Below, one piece after another: positions 55,892 through 64,000 of a stretch of DNA of 64,000 bases. Each line of letters starts with the position of its first letter. Position 1 is the first letter of the stretch. Under the pieces are notes generated by a model, which did not search any database, was not told the origin of the DNA, and saw nothing but the letters and a program-made list of their open reading frames with translations. The translations under genes were made by a program, and so were the position numbers. Origin of the DNA: Octopus vulgaris (Eukaryota); assembly GCA_951406725.2 (NCBI GenBank), contig OX597840.1, forward strand, positions 18,972,001 through 19,036,000. Reading direction: 5' to 3'.

Positions 55892-56340
55892 ACACATCAA
55901 CACACACACTAAAGATACAAACACACACACATAAAAACACACACTCAAACACACACATACTCACAAGCACACACAAACACACACAGACACATACTCACAT
56001 ACACACATACACAAATACACACACTCACACACACATACACACACATCAACACACACACTAAAAATACAAACACACACACATAAACACACACATTCAAACA
56101 CACACATACTCACAAGCACACACAAACACACACAGACACATACTCACATACTCACATACACAAATACACACACTCACACACACATACACGCACATCAACA
56201 CACACACTAAAAATACAAACACAGACACACAAACACACACAAACACACACAAACATACACAAACACACACAGACACATACTCACATACACAAATACACGC
56301 ACACGTACACACACGTACACACACACACAAATACAAACAC
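55892..56340. repeat. Three tandem AC-rich units of about 149 bp
   Basis: CACATCAACACACACACTAAA-ATACAAA recurs at about 55893, 56042 and 56191. Confidence 0.75.
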
Positions 56341-57131
56341 ACGCATGAAGATAAGCCTTAAACCTGTGCATCATAACTAAACCGCCATATCTCTCGAGAA
56401 AGCATTTCCTATAGACGCACGGTTTCAATACATACAAAGGGCTTTTCCATGCCCTAAACTCAAAAGGCCGGTTTCGTGGATTCTGTGATCTATATATCAC
56501 CCACCTCCGGGATCGGGCGCCAGTCTGTCGCAGAGTTCTTTTTCTTTTTGTCTCTGTTTTATTTGTTTCAGTCATTAGACTGCGGCCATGCTGGGGCACC
56601 GCCTTGCAGAACATTTATTCGAACGAATCGATCCCAGTATTTAAGGCAAGTACTTATGCTTTTGCTGAATCGCTAAATTAAGGGGACGTAAACACACCGA
56701 CACTTGTGGTCAAGCGGTAGTGGTGGGTGTTACACACACACGCGCGCGTTCACCCACACACATATGTATACGACAGGCTACTTCTAGTTGACCTCTACCA
56801 AATCCACTCATAAGGTTTTGGCTGGCTCCATGTTGTAGTAGAAGACACTTGGACAAATTGCTACACGTTGGGATTGAAACCAGAACAATCTGGCTGAACT
56901 TCTTACCACACAGCCAGAGCAGCGTAAAATGAAGGGTTTTGCTCAAAAACACAACTCATCGCTCTATTCTGTATTTGAACCTAACATCTTATGATGTACA
57001 GAATAAGCCATATGCCCCTCCATAGATGTACAGAACGAATATAGCTATTAGCTTTTCTATGACGCATTTGCATTATGTATGATATACATATAGCTATTTT
57101 GAACTAACACTAGCTACACTTAGTGAATACC

Positions 57132-57405
57132 ATTTCTTTATTACCCAAAAGGGGCTAAACACAGAGAGGACAAACAAGGACAGACATAGGTATTAATTCG
57201 ATTACATCGACCCCAGTGCATAACTGGTACTTAATTTATCGACCCCAAAAGGATGAAAGGTAAAGTCGACCTCGGCGGAATTTCAACTCACAACGAAATG
57301 GCAGACGAAATACCGCTAAGCATTTCGCCCGACGTGCTAACGTTTCTGCCAGATCGCCGCCTTATCTGCCAGCTCGCCGCCTTATTCTGCCAGCTCGCCG
57401 CCTTC
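57132..57405 (-). mobile_element. SINE family B with a triplicated 5' end and TSD
   Basis: TSD ACACTTAGTGAATACC on both sides; TCTGCCAG-TCGCCGCCTT occurs three times. Confidence 0.85.
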
Positions 57406-58026
57406 ACACTTAGTGAATACCGCCACACACACACACACAAACGCGCGCGCACACTCGCGCACTCGCACTCACACTTATATGTACGACGGGCGCCATGCAG
57501 CTTCTATTTACCAATTTCACTCACAAGGTATTGGTTGGACCGGGGCTATTGTAAAAGACAGTTGCCCAAAAGTGCAGCGGAGAGGGACGGAACCCGAAAC
57601 CATGTGATTGAAAAGTGCGTTTGTTAACCCCACGGCTATGTCCGTGCCTATTTCAGGGGTGTTTAACTGCTATTTCCAACAGGTTAATCGAACAAATACA
57701 CACGTTCTTACTGGTTCATGGCTCCTTCGTGTCTATCACGGAAGCAACCGAATGACCTAACTGTACAGCGAACATGTGCGTGTGTGTATGTGTGTGTGTA
57801 CATGTGTGTGAGTGTGTGAGCGTGTGTTTGTGTGATTACGATCAAGCTGAGAGAGTAAGTTTTAATTGGCATAAATAATTGGTAGGTAGAGTAAACCGTC
57901 GTTACAAGTAAAGTTTCCAGGTAGACAGGTAATTAGTTTTAATGCTACCTTACACAGAAGCACGCACGCACACACGCACGCACACACACGCACGCACACA
58001 CACATACACACACACACACACACGTC

Positions 58027-58299
58027 TATGTTATAGCGAAAGGTAGAGGGAGACAGAAAGGGGGAAAGAGGAGAGAGTGGAAGAGAGAAATTTACACACA
58101 CGCACACATACATACATGCATACATACGTACATACACGCACACACACACACAGGCACACACACACAAACACACATACACGCGCGCGCACACACAAATACA
58201 CACACATCTATGTTATAGCGAGAGGGAGAAGGAGACAGAAAGGGGGAAAGGGGAGAGAGTGGAAGAGAGAAATTTACACACACGCACGCATACATACAT

Positions 58300-58339
<40 letters not shown>

Positions 58340-58439
58340 CTATGTTACAGAGAGAGGTAGAGGGAGACAGAAAGGAGGAAAGGAGAGCGAGTGGAAGAGA
58401 GAAATTTACACTCACGCACACATACATATATGCATACAT

Positions 58440-58440
<1 letters not shown>
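58027..58440. repeat. Three tandem units of GA-rich sequence plus (AC)n
   Basis: CTATGTTA-AG-GA-AGG-AGA-GGAGACAGAAAGG...AGAGAAATTTACAC at about 58027, 58208 and 58340. Confidence 0.8.
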
Positions 58441-58520
<80 letters not shown>

Positions 58521-58890
58521 AGAGTGCGCGCGGGCGTGTAGGTCTGGGGTTGTAGCTCACAACCTTTCACAATCGGTGTTGGTGCCTTTACGACTCCATA
58601 ACATAGCAGTTTGGCAAAGGAGAAGTACTTGAAAAAGAAATACGTAATGGGGGTATATTCGACCGTCTAAAACCATTTAAGGTGGTGCTCCAGCATGGCC
58701 GCAGTCAAATGACTGAAACAGGCAAGTGATAAAGACATATATATGATAAAAGATAAAAGATATATATATATATATATATATAATTCGTCCTTAGTCGAAA
58801 GACACCTGTTGTTATGTCCTATTATTTGTATTTGTGTAACATTCTCTGTTTTTTTCTCCCCTTGTTTTCGTATACGTTCGCTGCTTTTTT

Positions 58891-59014
58891 CCAAGGGATC
58901 TAATGCTCTTAGGTTAGTTTTTCCTTGGGGCTAGCCAGATTGGAGCAATCTCGAGTATAACCAGCTGAAATTGCAAAGATAATCTGGAACTCGACTGAGG
59001 ATAGAAAACTCCAA
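58891..59014 (+). ncRNA. Candidate non-circularly permuted (pseudoknotted) hammerhead ribozyme, copy 2
   Basis: Hairpin, then GGCTAG CCAGATT gga GCAAT C TCGAGT ataa CCAGCT GAA ATTGC aaagat AATCTGG a ACTCGA CTGAGGA; compensatory changes relative to the 35.3-kb copy. Confidence 0.7.
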
Positions 59015-59113
59015 ATGACTCGTCCTTGTTTTCTTTCTATCGTCTATCTGAATGTTTTATTGTCCCTTTTTTATATCACCTGTCTGGATGTTTTGCGTTT
59101 TTGTCCCATTTTG

Positions 59114-59175
<62 letters not shown>

Positions 59176-59178
<3 letters not shown>

Positions 59179-59319
59179 GCAGGAGTGGGTCTGTGGTAAG
59201 CAGCTTGGTTACCAACCACAAGGTCTTGGGTTCAGTCCCACTGCGTAGAACCTTGAGTAAGCCTCGGGCCGACTAAAGTATTGTAATTGGATTTGGTAGA
59301 TGAAATTGAAAGAAGCCCG

Positions 59320-59355
<36 letters not shown>

Positions 59356-59366
59356 GTATCTATATG

Positions 59367-59411
<45 letters not shown>

Positions 59412-60050
59412 GTGTGTATATATGTTTGTGCGTCTGTATTTGTTTCTTCAATATTACTTGATAACCGATGCTGGTGTGTTTACGTCCCCGTAACTTAGCA
59501 GTTCGGCAAAAGAAATCGATAGAATAAGTACTAGGCTTACAAAGAATAAGTCCTGGGGTCGATTTGCTCGACTAAAGGCAGTGCTATAGCATGACCACAG
59601 TCAAATGACTGAAACAAAGAAAAAAAGAATGATAAATATAGGCGCAGGAGTGGCTGTGTGGTAAGTAGCTTGCTTACCATCCACATGGTTCCGGGTTCAG
59701 TCCCATTGCGTGGCACCTTGGGCAAGTGTCTTCTACTATACCCTCGGGCCGATCAAAGCTTTGTGAGTGGATTTGGTAGACGGAAACTGAAAGAAGCCCG
59801 CCGTATATATGTATATATATATATATATGCGGGTGTGTGTTTGTGTGTCTGTGTTTGTTCCCCCAACATCGCTTGACAACCGATGTTGGTGTGTTTACGT
59901 CCCCGTAAGTTAGCAGTTCGGCAAAAGAGACCGATAGAATAAGTACTAGGCTTACAAAAAATAAGCCCTGGGGTCGATTTGCTCGACTAAAGGCGGTGCT
60001 CCAGCATGGCCGCATTCAAATGACTGAAACAAGTAAAAGAGTAAAAGAGT
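59176..60050 (+). mobile_element. Two tandem SINE family A copies
   Basis: About 59176-59630 (diverged) and 59641-60050 (near consensus). Confidence 0.85.
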
Positions 60051-60119
60051 AATAGTAAATGATAGCATAAATATATAGGCGCAGGCGTGGCTGCGTGGTA
60101 AGAAGCTTGCTTCCCACTG

Positions 60120-61490
60120 CGCATGCGTTCGTTGTCAGTGTTGTTCGTACCGCTGAAGGAAGTCGCCACGCTGGTTTGAAACTGGTGAAATAGTGATTAA
60201 AAACGAAGCTCAACTGTAAGGTAAGACTTTTATTTTGGGTCCAGTGGAGATTTGTTGCTTGCTGCAATTATTTTTTTACAAACAAGTCCTCACTGGATTC
60301 TGGACACTGGTCTGCCTACAGTTGAGTGAATAGTTTTCTCACTTAATTATGAGAATTGTTGTTTTGGGGGTGTATCTCGCTTCCAAGAATTTGTTCACTT
60401 CAAGTGAATAGTTTTTTTCAAATAATTGTGCGAATTCACCGAAGATACAACTTCTTACCAATATTTGTGTAGGCTGTATTCTAGTCCGGATTCAAGTTGG
60501 ATTACCAAATAGGCCAGGATTACCGAGTTGCCAGAATAATTTTTGGCTTGCTGTGATTTTGAACTGTTGTTTTCTTTCCTTCTATCTTCTTTGTGACCTT
60601 CTTTTTATTGAACTGTTTTCTTTTTTTGTTGTGACTTTCTTTTGATTTCTTTCTTTTTCTTCCCTCTTTTTCTTTTGAATTTTTATATTGAGCTGTTTTT
60701 GGACTTTTTATTTAAAAAAACATGGCAAAGAACAAGGACAATGTTTTGGAGTGGGAAATTGTACCACCCAAACAGTGGTTGAAAGACTTCGAAGAGAGGA
60801 CGATGGTGTTGAGGATTATTTCACCCTATTTCAAAAAAACTGTTATCGAAAGGGAGTTGGCAGAGTATATGCAAACTATTAAATTCATCTCCATGGGGTC
60901 AAATATGCAAGTTGTGAAGAATAAATGAGGAAGAGGAAGAGAAACGGGTCATTGCCAGCAGTCGGTGAAATAGTACCGGAATGTTCCGGAACCACGTCGA
61001 TGGGGGTCGTGCCACCGACAGGGGAAGAGACACCGTCGGTCGGAATTGTGCCGCCGACGGTAGAAGTGACTACCTCGTCCCTGGAGGAAGACGAATTATT
61101 GGTCTTCTTCTACAGAGGCGGAGAGGTGGAGAAGGTGTTGGAAAAGCACCATAAGGGAGTACATTTAGCCTGCACAGGGGATCCCAAATGGCCTCCGCAG
61201 ATAGCTGTGGAGGTCATAACGGTATCTGTGTATAACGGTATATTAATGAGGAATATCGCTTGTGGCTGGGTGACGCCGACACCGCACCCGCTATGTGCTT
61301 GAATGACACGTGGGTGATGGCGGAGGATGGGGTGACAAGTGGTGTTGGGGAAGAATATGGATAAGAGGTTGAAAAGCCTCAGTGTTATTGAAAGTTCCTA
61401 GTTTGGAAAAAAAGGTAAGATGCTTAGTGCCTCATTTTGTTATTGAATTGTGGAGAGTGTAAGAGGTTTGTTGCCTCATGAATAATATAA
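60120..61490 (+). mobile_element. Possible internally deleted L1/Tx1-type element (5' UTR and ORF1 start)
   Basis: T-rich leader, then broken ORFs at 60722-61302 (MAKNKDN...ERTMVLRI...). No diagnostic motif is present. Confidence 0.25.
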
Positions 61491-61761
61491 GAGATCAATG
61501 TTTTGGGAAAAGAACGATCAGCGAGTGTCGCTTTTCCCCCCCATTAATTATCATTTTCATTTTTCATTTCCTATAACATTATGTCTGTGTCTAGCCCGCA
61601 GCTTTCTATCTCTATGTAAGGCCTTTATGGCCAATATAATGAAATATAAGAACCTTGCTTCCCTGCCACATGCTTCTAGGTTCGGTTCCACTGCGTGGCA
61701 CCTTGGGGCGACCAAACTCTTGCGAGCAGATTTGGTAGACGGAAACTGAAAGAAGCCCGTC

Positions 61762-61797
<36 letters not shown>

Positions 61798-62267
61798 GGC
61801 TAAAAATTGTTTTTTGTTCGGCATATTCGTAATATCCGACATCTAAAATGTAGGAATCCGGAAAAATTATTTCAAGGAGAGGTGCGAAACTGCATTAACC
61901 CCGAATATATATATATATCATTTATTCTTCACTTGTTTCAGTCACTTGACTGATGGCACGGTGTGGGACGGCCTTGAAGAATTTTTAGTCGAATGAATCG
62001 ATCCCAGTATTTCATTTTTAAAGCCTGGTAATTGTCCGACTGGATTTACTTGCCAAACTGCTAAATATGTGTGTGTGTATGTGCGCGCAAGTATGTATGT
62101 GCGTGCGCCTGTGTGTGTGTGTGAAGCCATTGTCAGACAAGCCGAAATTTCTAACTGTCAACAATATTCTTGCTTAAGAAAAACTTTGTACTCTACAAAA
62201 GTATAGAGTAATCCCTCAGATTATATATATATATAATCAAAATAAGCAACAAGGATATCCAAGGTAG

Positions 62268-62355
62268 TGTAGTACAATCGTTTCATGTTACTTCATTTTA
62301 TTAAACAATGTAAGTATTACATCAGTTTTAAAATGTAAAGCAATCTTCAGCCACA
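62268..62355 (-). ncRNA. Type I hammerhead ribozyme in a fold-back pLTR fragment
   Basis: Minus strand TGTGG CTGAAGA, long stem II (TTGCTT..CATTTTA.AAAC...GTTT..TAAAATGAAGTAA), GAAA CGATTG TA CTACA; 5-bp stem I. Confidence 0.7.
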
Positions 62356-62608
62356 TATAGAAATATTTTATGAGTGATAGAAAATCTACCGATGGAGAAG
62401 GACCTTCTACTACCATGTTCTTAATGATAATACTTACATTGTTTAATAAAATGAAGTAGCATGAAACGATTGTACTACACTACCTTGGATATCCGTGTTG
62501 CTTATTTTATTTATAATCACCCCATTTGATTTATATCGACAATACAATACCAAATTCTGGTGCCTTTAACTTAAGTCCCATATCCATCTGAATCTAAATT
62601 TTGGTGAA

Positions 62609-62646
<38 letters not shown>

Positions 62647-62649
<3 letters not shown>

Positions 62650-62876
62650 GGTTGGCCAAAAGTCACCCGACAGTAAATCAAAATTCTATAAAATCTTAAT
62701 ATTTAAATTTAATTATGCATTCCAATTATGAATGTTTACAAGAAAGACTTCAGTTTGAACTATTCTTAGGATGTTTCGTAGTTAGATAATTTTATTAAAA
62801 TCATTCACTTGTTAAACATAAATAAATCTTGGAATTAAATGGTTTTCATTTTCTGTGGGATGGCTTTTGGACAACC

Positions 62877-62879
<3 letters not shown>
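62647..62879. mobile_element. Tc1/mariner-type MITE in (TA)n
   Basis: TIRs CAGGGTTGGCCAAAAGTCACCC and GGGATGGCTTTTGGACAACCCTG, TA-flanked. Confidence 0.85.
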
Positions 62880-62936
<57 letters not shown>

Positions 62937-62937
62937 G

Positions 62938-63020
<83 letters not shown>

Positions 63021-63037
63021 ACGTATATATATATATA

Positions 63038-63104
<67 letters not shown>

Positions 63105-63215
63105 TAATGTTTGTATAAATATATATATATATACTGAATCCGCACATGAACAAGCGAGAAAAACAACAACGAGAAGACAAGGAACAACGAGAAGAAGGGA
63201 AAGAAAAGAAAGGGG

Positions 63216-63250
63216 ATTTAACGTTTCGAGCGGAGCTCTTCATCAGGAAT
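63216..63250 (-). ncRNA. Minimal type I hammerhead ribozyme in a pLTR fragment (about 63135-63315)
   Basis: Minus strand ATTC CTGATGA A GAGC TCC GCTC GAAA CGTT AAAT; canonical core and palindromic AACGTT. Confidence 0.65.
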
Positions 63251-63343
63251 ATAGAAAAAGTCCAAAGAAGGGAAGACGGAGAAAGGAAATCGCCAACGAT
63301 ACACACACGGTAACACACGCACGCACACACACACGCACAAACA

Positions 63344-63388
<45 letters not shown>

Positions 63389-63854
63389 TACTGAGGATTC
63401 CTCAATCAATGTTATAGTAAAATTGAGAATAAATAGCGGACGAAAGTGCCTCAAATGCGTTCACATTTTATATCCTGTGCAACTATGCTATATGCAGAAC
63501 TCCGTAGTTATCCCAACTCATGTTATATGTGCAGTAATAACGATATTACTGCACTTATATGCATATGCTCGATCCGATATCGATTATTTATTTTTAGAAA
63601 TTCTAACCTGGTTCTAACAAGTTACTATATATTACTATCTGCTCTTTATTTTACTGTTCACTGTACAGTATTGGTCTGATAGATGCTCCATGAAATATAT
63701 CGATGCAGTACTATAACGGCCAATTGCACGAGATATATGTATATAGACGCACACAAATTCATACGTACACCTCCGCTTAACAACATTGTTGGTGTATTTC
63801 CGTCCCCATAACTTCCGTCCCCTTATACACATACCTTTATATATATATATATAT

Positions 63855-64000
63855 TTTACTTGTTTCATTCATTTGACTGCGGCCGAGCAAATCGACCCCG
63901 GGACTTATTCTTTTGTAAGCCCAGTACTTATTCTATCGGTCTCTTTTGCCGAACCGCTAAGTGACAGGGACATAAATACACCAGCATCGGTTGTCAAGCA
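63855..64000 (-). mobile_element. SINE family A 3' part (runs off the window)
   Basis: Family A motifs. Confidence 0.8.

Overview
AT-rich, microsatellite-saturated eukaryotic non-coding DNA. The mix of (TA)n/(ATGT)n/(AC)n tracts and tRNA-derived SINEs looks like an octopod cephalopod genome, which is an inference. I find no credible host exon, and almost all ORF-track entries are microsatellite artefacts. The real content is nested transposons: one nearly intact Penelope-like element (RT plus GIY-YIG, one premature stop, 241-bp inverted pseudo-LTRs each carrying a hammerhead ribozyme), Tc1/mariner relics, L1/Tx1, CR1, RTE and R4-like LINE fragments, non-autonomous Helitrons, a solo LTR, a piggyBac-like MITE and several SINE families. 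Many (TA)n tracts hold short Penelope-type pseudo-LTR fragments with hammerhead cores. The most striking observation is a repeat family (35.3 kb, 58.9 kb, partial at 45.0 and 50.4 kb) with all hammerhead core elements in the order NUH, GAAA, CUGANGA. That is not a circular permutation of types I-III, yet helix I and a bridging helix show compensatory changes between copies, suggesting a pseudoknotted 'scrambled' hammerhead.
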